64,000 nucleotides of DNA. Origin: Candidatus Krumholzibacteriia bacterium. GTDB lineage: Bacteria > Krumholzibacteriota > Krumholzibacteriia > JAJRXK01. Shown one piece after another: positions 54,642-64,000 of this stretch. Where the stretch lies: assembly GCA_041484665.1 (NCBI GenBank), contig JBGPIA010000008.1, positions 32,001 through 96,000 on the forward strand, in the 5' to 3' direction. The first letter of the stretch is position 1. Every line of letters starts with the position of its first letter. The notes below the pieces were generated by a model. It worked only from the letters and a program-made list of their open reading frames with translations, searched no databases and was not told the origin of the DNA. The position numbers were made by a program, and so were the translations under genes.

Positions 54642-55558
54642 TGCGTCGCGTGGCCGGGCGGGTTGCCGTGGCCGCGGTGGCCGCAGCCGCGCTTGCCCTT
54701 CCCGCGTCCGCCAGCGCGCCGCCGCGCGCCGCCAGCGCGGCGCCTCCCACCGCCGGCGCACCGCCGGCCGCTGCCAGCGCAGGGCCCGCCTCCGCCGGCG
54801 GTTCGGCCACGGACGCTGGCACTTCGGCCGAGAACGCGCGGCGCGCGCTTCCACCGGCTCCATCCGACTTCGTCTACGACGAAGCGGGCTGGCTCTCGGC
54901 CGGCGAGCGGCGCACGTTGGTGCAGCAGCTGCTCGAGTACGAGCGCGCCTCCAGCAACCAGATCATCGTCGCCATCTTCCGCTCGCTGCGGGGCGCCGAG
55001 CTCGCGGACTTCAGCAACCGGGTCGCCAACGCCTGGGGCATCGGGCGCAAGGAGCACGACAACGGCATCCTGCTGGCGATCTATGCCGACGAGCGCAAGA
55101 TCGACATCGAGGTGGGCTACGGTCTGGAGGGCAAGGTCACCGACCTCACCAGCGACCTCATCATCCGCGAGCGCATCGGGCCCGCGTTCCGCGAGGGCCG
55201 TTACTACGACGGCATCCGCTCCGCCGTCGATGCCCTCATCGCCGCCAGCCACGGCGAGTTCACGGGGACCGGGCGTGCGCGCGCCGATCGGCAGCGCGGG
55301 GGCAACCCGGCGTGGCTGTTCTGGGCCGTGTTCCTGGTGCTGATGGTGCTGGGGTCGGTGGGCCGGCGGCGCAGTCTGCTCGGACCGTTGATCCTGGGCA
55401 GCGCGATGTCGCGCCGGGGTGGTCGTTGGGGCGGCGGGTCCGCGTGGGGAGGCTTCGGCGGCTTCGGCGGGGGCTTGGGCGGCGGGGGCGGCTCCGGGGG
55501 CACCTTCAGCGGCGGTGGCGGGAGCTTCGGCGGTGGCGGCGCGCGGGGCGGATGGTGA
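54641..55558 (+). CDS. TPM domain protein (YgcG-like) with Gly-rich tail
   Basis: WGIGRKEHDNGILL, IEVGYGLEG and GGGSFGGGGARGGW motifs; ATG overlaps the lemA stop. Confidence 0.93.
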   Translation: MRRVAGRVAVAAVAAAALALPASASAPPRAASAAPPTAGAPPAAASAGPASAGGSATDAGTSAENARRALPPAPSDFVYDEAGWLSAGERRTLVQQLLEYERASSNQIIVAIFRSLRGAELADFSNRVANAWGIGRKEHDNGILLAIYADERKIDIEVGYGLEGKVTDLTSDLIIRERIGPAFREGRYYDGIRSAVDALIAASHGEFTGTGRARADRQRGGNPAWLFWAVFLVLMVLGSVGRRRSLLGPLILGSAMSRRGGRWGGGSAWGGFGGFGGGLGGGGGSGGTFSGGGGSFGGGGARGGW

Positions 55559-55562
55559 CGCC

Positions 55563-56129
55563 ATGGCGGGCAGGCGCAGCACGCGCCCGCGCGACTTCCT
55601 GGCAACACAGGAGGCGCGGCGGGTCGTGCAGGCCATCGAACGGGCGGAGCACCACACCAGCGGGGAGCTCCGCGTGCAACTGGAGCACCGCTGCGCGGGC
55701 GGCGACCCCTACGCTCGGGCGCGCATCGTGTTCGAGCGGCTCGGACTCACCGACACCACCGCGCGCAACGGCGTGCTGATCTACCTCGCCACCCGCGACC
55801 GCGTGTTCGCGGTGCTGGGCGACGCCGGCATCCACGAGCGCGTGCCGGCCGGCTTCTGGGACGGGATCGTGGCCGGCCTGGCTGCGCGCTTCCGCGAGGA
55901 TGCGTTCGCCGAAGGACTGATTTGGGGCATCGGCGAGATCGGGGAGCAGCTCGCTCGCTACTTCCCGTACGCGGGTGAAGGCCTTGACCAGAACGAGCTG
56001 CCCGACGAGATCAGCCTGGGCGATGCGCCACTGTGGCCGCGGGAGCCGTCAGCGGCGTCACCGCCGCCGCGGGACGAGCCCGCCGATTCCGGCGCGCCCG
56101 ACGAGACCCAACCGCAGCCCCGGCCGTAG
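55563..56129 (+). CDS. TPM domain protein (short form)
   Basis: AEHHTSGELRV, RNGVLIY, GDAGIH and NELPDEIS motifs. Confidence 0.92.
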   Translation: MAGRRSTRPRDFLATQEARRVVQAIERAEHHTSGELRVQLEHRCAGGDPYARARIVFERLGLTDTTARNGVLIYLATRDRVFAVLGDAGIHERVPAGFWDGIVAGLAARFREDAFAEGLIWGIGEIGEQLARYFPYAGEGLDQNELPDEISLGDAPLWPREPSAASPPPRDEPADSGAPDETQPQPRP

Positions 56130-56238
56130 CGGCGCGGCCGGCCGCCCACCCGCCAGCTCTGCGCGCGCCCCTCCCCCGGCGGCCGCCCGTCCCCTGGCGT
56201 CGTCCGTCCCCTACCGTTCGCTTGGCCCAGCCGTCCGA

Positions 56239-57582
56239 TCAGTCCGCCGTTCGCAGCAGCTTGACGATCTGTGGCCAGGTCGGCGCTTTGCCGAACGACA
56301 GGATCCCCAGCCGGAAGATCTTCGCGGCGGCCCTCACCATCAGCAGCACGCTGACGCCCAGCAGCACGATGCTCGCGAGGATCTGCCACAGCGGCGGCTT
56401 GCCCAAGGCGATGCGGATGAACATCAGGATGGGCGTGAAGAAGGGGATCAGCGAGAGCACCACGTTGTGTGTCGCGTCGGGATCCTGCATGACGACCTGC
56501 AGCAGCGCGATGGGGATCACCACGAAGATCGTGATGGGCCACACCAGCTGCTGGGACTCCTGGATGGTGTTGCACATGGCGCCCACGGCGGCGTAGAGCG
56601 ACGAGTACAGCACGAAGCCCATCACGTAGAACAACGTGAAGAAGATCCACAGCGAGGGCGTGAGGAAGGAGAGGTCGATGTTGGCGGGCAGGAAGCGCCC
56701 GGCCTGCCCCGCCATCCCCAGGGCGCACGTGCCCCAGATGGCGAACTGCGTCAGACCGACCAGGCCATTGCCCACCAGCTTGCCCATCATGAGCTGCGCG
56801 GGCGTCACGCTGCCCAGCATGACCTCGACCACGCGGCTGGTCTTCTCCTCGACCACCGCTTGCATCGAGGTCTGCCCGTACATGAGGATCATCATGTACA
56901 GCATCATGATCATGACCAGCGCAGCGATCAGCCGCCCCTCCATCGCGCCGCCGGCCTTTCCGCCCTCGCCGACCTGCAGGGTCTTGAGCTCCGCACCACG
57001 CGTGATCCGCATCAGCAGACTCTCGTCCAGCCCCGCCTCCTTGAGGCGCTCCCGCGCCAGCACCTTGTCCAGGGCGCCCTCCAGCCGGTCGGCCCACACC
57101 ACGCTGCTGAGGTTCTCGCCGTAGTACATCGCCTTGCCGGTCTGCACGAAGTCCGGCGGGAGCACCAGGTAGCCGTCGAGCTCTCCGCGCTTGACCTGCG
57201 GATTGAGCTCCGCGCGGGCGGCCTCCAGGTCGGTGCCCGGTCCGCCGTAGAGGGACAGCACGACCTTGTTGCGTGTCGCCGCAGTCCGGCCGCCCGTGCC
57301 GCCAGGCGCGGCGGAGGGCTCTTGCGCCGCGGTGGTGTCCGCCCCGCGGCCGTGCTTGCGGACGTGCTCGAGCTCCTGCCGCAGCATGGTGACCGCGTCG
57401 GCACCGGACTGGTCGACGACGGCGACCTTCCGCTCGCCGACGCCCGATTTCTCCGCCAAGAGCGCCGGGCCGATCATCAGCGCGGCCATCCCCAGGGGAC
57501 CCAGGATCGTCCCGAGCATGAACGCCCGGCTGCGCACCCGCTCGAGGTACTCCTTGCGGACGACCAGCAGCAGCTTACGCAC
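56239..57582 (-). CDS. ABC-2 type permease (NatB/YhaP-like)
   Basis: KEYLERVRSRAF, VVEEKTSRVVE and LMMGK motifs; several TM segments. Confidence 0.92.
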   Translation of the reverse strand: MRKLLLVVRKEYLERVRSRAFMLGTILGPLGMAALMIGPALLAEKSGVGERKVAVVDQSGADAVTMLRQELEHVRKHGRGADTTAAQEPSAAPGGTGGRTAATRNKVVLSLYGGPGTDLEAARAELNPQVKRGELDGYLVLPPDFVQTGKAMYYGENLSSVVWADRLEGALDKVLARERLKEAGLDESLLMRITRGAELKTLQVGEGGKAGGAMEGRLIAALVMIMMLYMMILMYGQTSMQAVVEEKTSRVVEVMLGSVTPAQLMMGKLVGNGLVGLTQFAIWGTCALGMAGQAGRFLPANIDLSFLTPSLWIFFTLFYVMGFVLYSSLYAAVGAMCNTIQESQQLVWPITIFVVIPIALLQVVMQDPDATHNVVLSLIPFFTPILMFIRIALGKPPLWQILASIVLLGVSVLLMVRAAAKIFRLGILSFGKAPTWPQIVKLLRTAD

Positions 57583-58528
57583 GTCCTTCCTCCTTCAGTT
57601 GGGGCAGCGCGCCTGCCGGCAGGGCGGGCCCGGCTCCCTCCACCTCGCGGATGAAGATCTCATTCAGCGTGGGCCGCACCGCCGAGAAGCGGTCCACGCG
57701 GCCGGCCGCGATCAGCCCGGCGAGCAGGCGCTGGTGGTCGGCGCCGGGGCGCAGCCCGATGCGGATCTCGTTGCCCACGCGGGCGGCGGCGGCCACCTGC
57801 GGCAGGCGCTCGATGGTCTCCAGCGGTGCGTCGCAAACGGCGGTGATGCTGTCCACGGGATAGGCGTTCAGGATCTCGTCCAGACGGCCGTCGAGCACCT
57901 TGCGGCCGCGGTGGATGAGGAAGATGTGGTCGCACAGCTGCTCGGCCTGCTCCATCATGTGCGTGGAGAACAGTACCGTGCGTCCGGCGCGCTGGTACTC
58001 CATGATCGTCTCGCGCATCGCCTTGACGTTGATGGGGTCCAGCCCGCTGAACGGCTCGTCCAGCACCAGCATGTCCGGCTCGGCGAGCACGGTGCCGATG
58101 AACTGCACCTTCTGCTGCATCCCCTTGCTCAGCTCGTCCACCTTGGCCTCGGCGCGATCGGCGAGCCCCATGCGCTCGAGCCATTCGTCGGCCTTGCGCC
58201 GCGCGGTGGCCCGGTCCATGCCCTTGAGTTGACCCAGATAGACGATGTGGTCCCGGATCTTCATCCTCCGATAGAGGCCGCGCTCCTCGGGCAGGTACCC
58301 GACGCGGTCGATGGCGGAGCGGTCGACCGGCGCTCCGTGCAGCCGGATCGTCCCGGCGTCGGGAACGTAGATGTTCATGATCATGCGGATCGTGGTCGTC
58401 TTCCCCGCGCCGTTGGGCCCGAGGAACCCGTAGATCGAGCCGGCGGGCACGGTCAGGTCGAGACCCTCGACGGCCACGAAGTCGCCGTAGGTCTTGCGCA
58501 CGCCTTCCAGCTCAAGAATGGGTTGCAC
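57575..58528 (-). CDS. ABC transporter ATP-binding protein (NatA/YhaQ-like)
   Basis: GPNGAGKT, LSKGMQQK, LDEPFSGLD and STH motifs; start 58528 or 58600. Confidence 0.95.
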   Translation of the reverse strand: MQPILELEGVRKTYGDFVAVEGLDLTVPAGSIYGFLGPNGAGKTTTIRMIMNIYVPDAGTIRLHGAPVDRSAIDRVGYLPEERGLYRRMKIRDHIVYLGQLKGMDRATARRKADEWLERMGLADRAEAKVDELSKGMQQKVQFIGTVLAEPDMLVLDEPFSGLDPINVKAMRETIMEYQRAGRTVLFSTHMMEQAEQLCDHIFLIHRGRKVLDGRLDEILNAYPVDSITAVCDAPLETIERLPQVAAAARVGNEIRIGLRPGADHQRLLAGLIAAGRVDRFSAVRPTLNEIFIREVEGAGPALPAGALPQLKEEGRA

Positions 58529-58698
58529 GGCGTGGTCCTCTCTCGGTGAATCGGGCCGCACGGTCCGGTCGTGCGGCCGATCGGGTTTGCGTGACTTCAA
58601 TCAGCGTCCTGCGGGCAGACAGCGCCGTACGTACGCAGCACCGCGCCCGCCGGATACGGCTCCGCCCAGGCGCGCCCGGTCGGGTGCGCGCGCCCCGC

Positions 58699-61368
58699 TC
58701 AGCCGGCCAGCCGGGCGCGGACCCACTCCAGGCCCCGCTCCAGCGCGGGCCCCACGCGCGACGGATCCTTGGCCCCGGCCTGCGCCATGTGAGGCTTGCC
58801 GCCGCCGCTGCCGCCCGCCACCGCGGCGACCTCCTTGATCAGGTCACCGGCCTTGAGCCCGCGGTCGCGCACCAGGTCGTCGGTCACGACGGCCAGGAAC
58901 GATACCTTGCCGTCCAGCTCCGCCGCCAGCACTGCGACGCCGCTGCGCAGCTGCTCGCGCAGGCTGTCCCCCAGCTGCAGCAGCGAATCGCGGTCGGCCA
59001 CCTGCACCTGGCTGGCCACCACCCGCGCAGTACCGGCCAGCGTGGCCGAGGCGAGCAGCCCATCGACCAGGCCGCTCGCCTGCTGTCGCCGCGTGGCCAA
59101 GCGCTCGGCCTGCAGCGTCTTGAGCTCGGCCTGCAGCGCCGCCACGCGCAGCTCGACCTCCTCGGGACGCGCCGCCAGCCGGTCGCCCAGGGAGCGCAGC
59201 AGATCGCGGTCGCGCGTGGCCGCGCGCAGCGCCGCCTCGCCGGTGACGGCTTCGATGCGCCGGACCCCCGCCGCAACCGAGCTCTCACCCGTGATGCGCA
59301 TCAGCCCGATCTCGCCGGTGTGGTCGCAGTGGGTCCCGCCGCAGAACTCGACGGAGACGCCGGGCACCTCGATCACGCGCACCTTGTCACCGTACTTCTC
59401 CCCGAACATGGCGATGGCACCCATCTGGCGCGCCTGCGCCAGCGGCACGTCGATGTGCTTGGTGACGGCCCGGTCCTCGAGGATGTGCACGTTCACCTCC
59501 TCCTCGAGGGCGTCGAGGCGGTCACGCGAGAGCGGCCCGTCGTGGTGGAAGTCGAAACGCAGCTTCTCGGCGTTCACCAGGCTACCAGCCTGCTGGGCAT
59601 GCTCGCCCAGTTGGCGCCGCAGCGCGGCGTGCAGCAGGTGCGTAGCGGTGTGGTTGCGCATGGTGGCGCGGCGCAGCTGTGGATCGACCTGCGCCACCAG
59701 CGGCAGCGCTCCCAGGTCGGCGACCCGTTCCAAGTCGCCGTCGTCCAGCTCCACGCGCGCGACCGGCCCGCCTTGGCCCTGGACCGTATCCAGCACGCGC
59801 AGCAAGAGGCCCTCCCCCTCGATCGTTCCCTGGTCGCCCACCTGGCCGCCCGCCTCGGCGTAGAACGGAGTGCGGTCGAGCACGACCTCGTAGCGCCCCG
59901 CTTCCTCCAGAGGGCGGATGCCGATGATCCGGCAGGGGGTGGCCAGCGCGTGGTAGCCGACGAACACGCTGGCCGGGCGGTCCACGCCGGGCTCACCGCC
60001 GTCGAGCCAGCGCCACGGCGCGCCGGGACCCGCCGTGCCGAAGCGGCTCGCCGCCCGCGCGCGCTCGCGCTGCTCTGCCATCGCCTGCTGGAAGCCCTCG
60101 GCGTCCACGGTCAGACCGCGCTCCTGGGCCATCACCTGCGTCAGGTCGAGGGGGAAGCCGAAGGTGTCGTGGAGCAGGAACGCGTCGCGCCCCGGGATGA
60201 CGCGGCCGCCGCTGCGGCGCGCCTCCTGCTCGATCTCGTCGAAGCGCAACAGCCCGCGGTCGAGCGTCTCGTTGAAGCGCACCTCCTCGTTCTGGATCAC
60301 GCGCAGTACGTGGTCGCGGCGTTGGTAGAGCTCGTGGTAGTGGCCGCCCATGAGCTCGATCACGCGGCCGGCGGCCGCGTGGAGGAACGGCTCGCGCAGG
60401 CCCAGGCGCCGCCCATGGCGCGCGGCCCGCCGCAGGATGCGCCGCAGCACGTAGCCGCGCCCGTCGTTGCCGGGGCGGCCGCCGTCGGCGACGGTAAACG
60501 TCAGCGCCCGGGCATGGTCGGCGATGACCTGCATCGAGACGCGGCTCTCGGGATCGGCGGGCGAGGCGCCGCTCTGCGCGGCGACCCAGTCGATGATGGG
60601 AGTGAACAGGTCGGTGCCGTAGTTCGTGGCGACCCCGGCCTTGAGTGCGGCCACCCGCTCCAGGCCCATGCCGGTATCGACGCTCTGCAACGGGAGCGGC
60701 GAAAGCGAGCCCGCCGCGTCGCGGTCGAACTGGATGAACACCAGGTTCCAGATCTCCAGGTAGCGGTCGCAGTCGCACAGGCCGATGCCGCAGCGCGGCC
60801 CGCAGCGCCTGGCCTCGCCCTGGTCGTAGATGATCTCGGTGCAGGGGCCGCACGGGCCGGTCTCGCCCATGCTCCAGAAGTTCTCCTCGTCGCCCTTGGA
60901 CAGATCTCCCAGCCTCACGATGCGCGCGGGGGACAGTCCGATCCGCTCGCGCCAGAACCCCACGCTCTCGTCGTCGTCCTTGTACACCGTGGCCCACAGG
61001 CGCTGCGCGTCCAGCTTCAGCCGGTCGACCAGGAACTCCCACGCCCACCCGATTGCCTCGCGCTTGTAGTAGTCGCCGAAGGACCAATTGCCGAGCATCT
61101 CGAAGAAGGTGTGGTGGCGCCCGTCGCGTCCCACGGCCTCGAGGTCGTTGTGCTTGCCGCTCACGCGCATGCACTTCTGCGCCGAGGCCGCCCGCACGTA
61201 CGAGCGTCGCTCCTGGCCCAGCAGCACGGCCTTGAACTGGTTCATGCCGGCATTCGTGAACAAGAGCGTCGGGTCATCGTGGGGGATGAGCGAGCTGCTG
61301 GGCACCACGGTGTGTCCGCGCTCGGCGAAGAAATCGAGGAAGGCTTGTCGGAGCTCGTGGCTGGTCAT
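58699..61368 (-). CDS. alaS: Alanine--tRNA ligase
   Basis: DPTLLFTNAGMNQFK, HHTFFEMLGNWSFGDY, GPCGPC, NHTATH, CGGTH and GGGGK motifs. Confidence 0.98.
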   Translation of the reverse strand: MTSHELRQAFLDFFAERGHTVVPSSSLIPHDDPTLLFTNAGMNQFKAVLLGQERRSYVRAASAQKCMRVSGKHNDLEAVGRDGRHHTFFEMLGNWSFGDYYKREAIGWAWEFLVDRLKLDAQRLWATVYKDDDESVGFWRERIGLSPARIVRLGDLSKGDEENFWSMGETGPCGPCTEIIYDQGEARRCGPRCGIGLCDCDRYLEIWNLVFIQFDRDAAGSLSPLPLQSVDTGMGLERVAALKAGVATNYGTDLFTPIIDWVAAQSGASPADPESRVSMQVIADHARALTFTVADGGRPGNDGRGYVLRRILRRAARHGRRLGLREPFLHAAAGRVIELMGGHYHELYQRRDHVLRVIQNEEVRFNETLDRGLLRFDEIEQEARRSGGRVIPGRDAFLLHDTFGFPLDLTQVMAQERGLTVDAEGFQQAMAEQRERARAASRFGTAGPGAPWRWLDGGEPGVDRPASVFVGYHALATPCRIIGIRPLEEAGRYEVVLDRTPFYAEAGGQVGDQGTIEGEGLLLRVLDTVQGQGGPVARVELDDGDLERVADLGALPLVAQVDPQLRRATMRNHTATHLLHAALRRQLGEHAQQAGSLVNAEKLRFDFHHDGPLSRDRLDALEEEVNVHILEDRAVTKHIDVPLAQARQMGAIAMFGEKYGDKVRVIEVPGVSVEFCGGTHCDHTGEIGLMRITGESSVAAGVRRIEAVTGEAALRAATRDRDLLRSLGDRLAARPEEVELRVAALQAELKTLQAERLATRRQQASGLVDGLLASATLAGTARVVASQVQVADRDSLLQLGDSLREQLRSGVAVLAAELDGKVSFLAVVTDDLVRDRGLKAGDLIKEVAAVAGGSGGGKPHMAQAGAKDPSRVGPALERGLEWVRARLAG

Positions 61369-61447
61369 GGATCGATCGGTCCTCTCGTGCGACAGCGGCG
61401 CAACCCGCGGGCGAAGCCGCACCCGCGGCCACGACGGCGGCGAACGC

Positions 61448-64000
61448 CTACTGCGGCGCGGGCGTGGCCACGCTGCCGGCGGTGCCCACCACCAGCCCCA
61501 CACCGTAGGGATGATCCCGGAAGTAGGTCGCCGCCACGCGCGACAGGTCATCGCGCGTCACCGCCGCGATCCGTTGCGGATACCGGTCGTACTCCGCGAG
61601 GTCCAGCCCCAGGAGCTCCAGCGCGGCCAACCGGCCCGCCTGGCCGCGAGTCGTCTGCAGGGAGATCTCGTAGACCCCCGTCAGGTAGCGCACCGCGCGC
61701 TGCAGCTCCTCGGCCGTCGGGGGCTCCTGCGCGAGCCGCGCAAACTGGTCGAGCACCAGACTGCGCACGCTCTGGGCGCTGTCCGGCGTGCAGGCGACGA
61801 AGCACCCGAAGTAGCCTCCGACGGCGCGCGGCGCCGAGAACGTGGAAACCTGATAGGCCAGCCCACGCCGCGTGCGGATCTCCTCGAAGAACGTCCCTCC
61901 CATGCCGCCGGTGATGCTCTCGAGCACTTCGAGCGGATACTCGTCGGGATGCCCCTCGGGGACGGTGGGAAAGGCCACCATCATCGCCGACTGGGCGCGG
62001 TCGCGGCTGGCCTCCTTGACCTGGGGGCCCGTCAGCGCCGCGGGCGGCGGGAAGCGGTCGGGCGCGTAGAACTCCTTGGCGGTCCCGGGCAGCGGGTCGC
62101 CGCCAGGGCTCCAACGCTGCAGGTACTCGGCGAGCAGGTCGCGCACCGCGGGTGGCTCCACGTCGCCGGCCACGCTGATCACCATCGCCTCCGGCCGCAC
62201 GCTCTCGTCGTGCAGGCGCTCGAGCCGATCGAGCAGGACGTATTGGATTACGGGCACGGCGCCCAGCTCGGGCTGCCCGTAGGGGTGATCGCCGAACAGG
62301 GCCTGGCGCAGCAGCTGGTGCGCGTACGAGCCGGACTGGTCCTCCACCCCTCGGATCGCCATCAGCTGCGCCTCTTTCTCGCGATCGAGCTGGTCGACGC
62401 TGAAGCGCGGGTTGGCCACGACGTCCATGATCAGGTCCGCGGCGTAGGGGAGATTGCGCGCCAGCGTGCCCAGCGTGAAGCCGAACCAGTCGTCGCTGGC
62501 GGGGCGTCCGATGGCGGTCCCCAGCGCCTCGGTTTCCTGCGCGAGCTGCTCCACGCTGCGGTTGCGCGTCTGCTTGCTCATCAGCCGCTGCATCAATCGC
62601 GCGCGTCCCGCGGTGTTCTGCGACTCGTCGATCCGCCCGCCGCGGAAGTAGACCCCCAGCGAGACCGTAGGCGCCTTGTGGTCCTCCTTCACCAGCAGCA
62701 CCGCGCCATGGGCCAGCGTGAAGCGGGCCACGCCGCTGCTGCCGCGGACGGGGGCGGCGAATCGCTGCGCCCACCGGTCGAGCGCTGCGCGGTCGAGGAA
62801 GCTGGGCGCCTCGAGAGCCGGCGAGGGCGGGTCCATCACCGCCGCGGCTGCCAGCACGGCGCCTTGGAGATGCCCGGCCAACTCGTCCGCGGAGCGTCCC
62901 TCCGGCGCGCGGGGCATGCAGTACTCCACCAGCGTGGCGTTGCGCAGGTTGAGGTATTCGCGCGCGACGCGCTGGACGTCCTCCGATGTCACCGCCTCCA
63001 GCTCGCGCATCTCCTTGTCGGCCAGCCGGTAGTCCCCCAGCGCCTCGTAGCCCGCCAGGGTGCTCGCCTGCCCCAGGACCTCCTCGAGCTCGAAGCCGCG
63101 CGCGGTCTCGATCAGGCTGCGCGCACGCTGCAGCTCCTGCGCAGTGACGCCGAACTGCTTGATGCGCTCGATCTCGACCATCACCTCGCGGGTGGCACGG
63201 TCGAAGTCGTTGAGGTTGAGGATGGCGTCGATCTCGAACAGCCCGACGTCGTCGAACTGGAAGCTGGACGCGCTGACGTTGGTCACGACGCCCAGCCGCT
63301 CCTTGAGAGCGAGGTTCAGCCTCGAGCTGGTGCCGGCGCCCAGGATCGTCGACAGCACGTCCAGCGCCGGGTTGTCCTTGTGGAGCACGCCCGGCGTGTG
63401 GAAGCCGAGGAACAGGTAATTGCGGCTGATGTCGCCGGTCATGCGCCGGTAGCGGAACTCCTGCTGAGTGCCCTCCGAGGGGCCCGTGTGGCGGCGCAGG
63501 GCTCCGCGCGGCTGCGCTCCGTAGAGCGACTCGGCCGAAGCGATTGCGTCGGCTGCCTTCACATCGCCCACGATGGCCAGCACCGTGTTGGCCGGTCGGT
63601 AGAGGTCCTCGTAGTAGCGCAGCAGATCCTCGCGCGTGAGCTTCTGCAACTGCTCGGCGAGGCCGATGCGCCAGCGGCGCATGCGGTGCTTGGTAAAGGC
63701 CAGCTCGAACATCTTTTCACGGCCGAACGACGACGGCTCGTCGAGCTTCTTGCGAGCCTCCTGCAAGATGGCCTGCATCTCCTTGTCGAGGACCTTGGCG
63801 TCGAACAAGGGGTGCTGAAAGGCGTCGGCCTGCACCGCGAGCGCCTCGGCGAAGCGGGCACTGGGCAGGACGACGTAGTAGCTGGTGTGGTCGTAGATCG
63901 TCCCGGCGTTGAGCTCGCCCCCGCAGCCCTTGGTCTCGCGGCTGATGGCCTCCGGATCGGGCCGGGTCGGAGTCCCGTTGAAGTACATGTGCTCGATGAC
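61448..64000 (-). CDS. M16 (pitrilysin) family zinc peptidase, 5' truncated
   Basis: Window edge reads VIEHMYFNGT (HxxEH motif cut); LNAGT, SSRL and RTRRGLAY motifs. Confidence 0.92.
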   Translation of the reverse strand, partial: VIEHMYFNGTPTRPDPEAISRETKGCGGELNAGTIYDHTSYYVVLPSARFAEALAVQADAFQHPLFDAKVLDKEMQAILQEARKKLDEPSSFGREKMFELAFTKHRMRRWRIGLAEQLQKLTREDLLRYYEDLYRPANTVLAIVGDVKAADAIASAESLYGAQPRGALRRHTGPSEGTQQEFRYRRMTGDISRNYLFLGFHTPGVLHKDNPALDVLSTILGAGTSSRLNLALKERLGVVTNVSASSFQFDDVGLFEIDAILNLNDFDRATREVMVEIERIKQFGVTAQELQRARSLIETARGFELEEVLGQASTLAGYEALGDYRLADKEMRELEAVTSEDVQRVAREYLNLRNATLVEYCMPRAPEGRSADELAGHLQGAVLAAAAVMDPPSPALEAPSFLDRAALDRWAQRFAAPVRGSSGVARFTLAHGAVLLVKEDHKAPTVSLGVYFRGGRIDESQNTAGRARLMQRLMSKQTRNRSVEQLAQETEALGTAIGRPASDDWFGFTLGTLARNLPYAADLIMDVVANPRFSVDQLDREKEAQLMAIRGVEDQSGSYAHQLLRQALFGDHPYGQPELGAVPVIQYVLLDRLERLHDESVRPEAMVISVAGDVEPPAVRDLLAEYLQRWSPGGDPLPGTAKEFYAPDRFPPPAALTGPQVKEASRDRAQSAMMVAFPTVPEGHPDEYPLEVLESITGGMGGTFFEEIRTRRGLAYQVSTFSAPRAVGGYFGCFVACTPDSAQSVRSLVLDQFARLAQEPPTAEELQRAVRYLTGVYEISLQTTRGQAGRLAALELLGLDLAEYDRYPQRIAAVTRDDLSRVAATYFRDHPYGVGLVVGTAGSVATPAPQ

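Noticed and set aside
54033..56129. lemA-TPM-TPM as a novel system
   Set aside because: A widespread, already recognised gene trio with nothing atypical beyond an Ala/Pro linker
58546..61914. 1122-aa plus-strand ORF
   Set aside because: Antisense shadow of alaS

Overview
High-GC bacterial chromosomal window, mostly housekeeping genes: smpB-amidase-GerMN-murI-rph-rdgB-tRNA-Pro-Ser/Thr kinase; purB-purL-purQ-(PurS-like)-purF-tldD-(radical-SAM-linked fusion)-RNase E/G; asd-truA-transaldolase-htrA; lemA-TPM-TPM; an ABC pair, alaS and an M16 peptidase. An accessory stretch follows tRNA-Leu(CAG) at about 10.2-21.6 kb. It holds a decayed DUF4038-like pseudogene, a Bor-like lipoprotein, two secreted proteins with FlgD-Ig/T9SS-like C-terminal domains, a phosphodiesterase, a GT-C/TPR protein and an inositol monophosphatase. 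The secreted-protein tails (FlgD-like CTD and a terminal WGxxKxxY motif) suggest an FCB-related lineage such as Ca. Eisenbacteria or Krumholzibacteriota; this is inference only. I found no CRISPR array, integrase, transposase or rRNA. The most notable items are: a TIGR03960-like radical SAM fusion that has lost its Fe-S core; a probable tandem PurS substitute; an archaeal-type (class II) GAPDH homolog; a transaldolase with an altered active site; a candidate C-terminal sorting motif; an 18-bp perfect palindrome inside a promoter-like spacer; and many short tandem expansions whose periods are multiples of 3 in genes but not between genes. All family calls come from motif recognition by eye, with no database searches.
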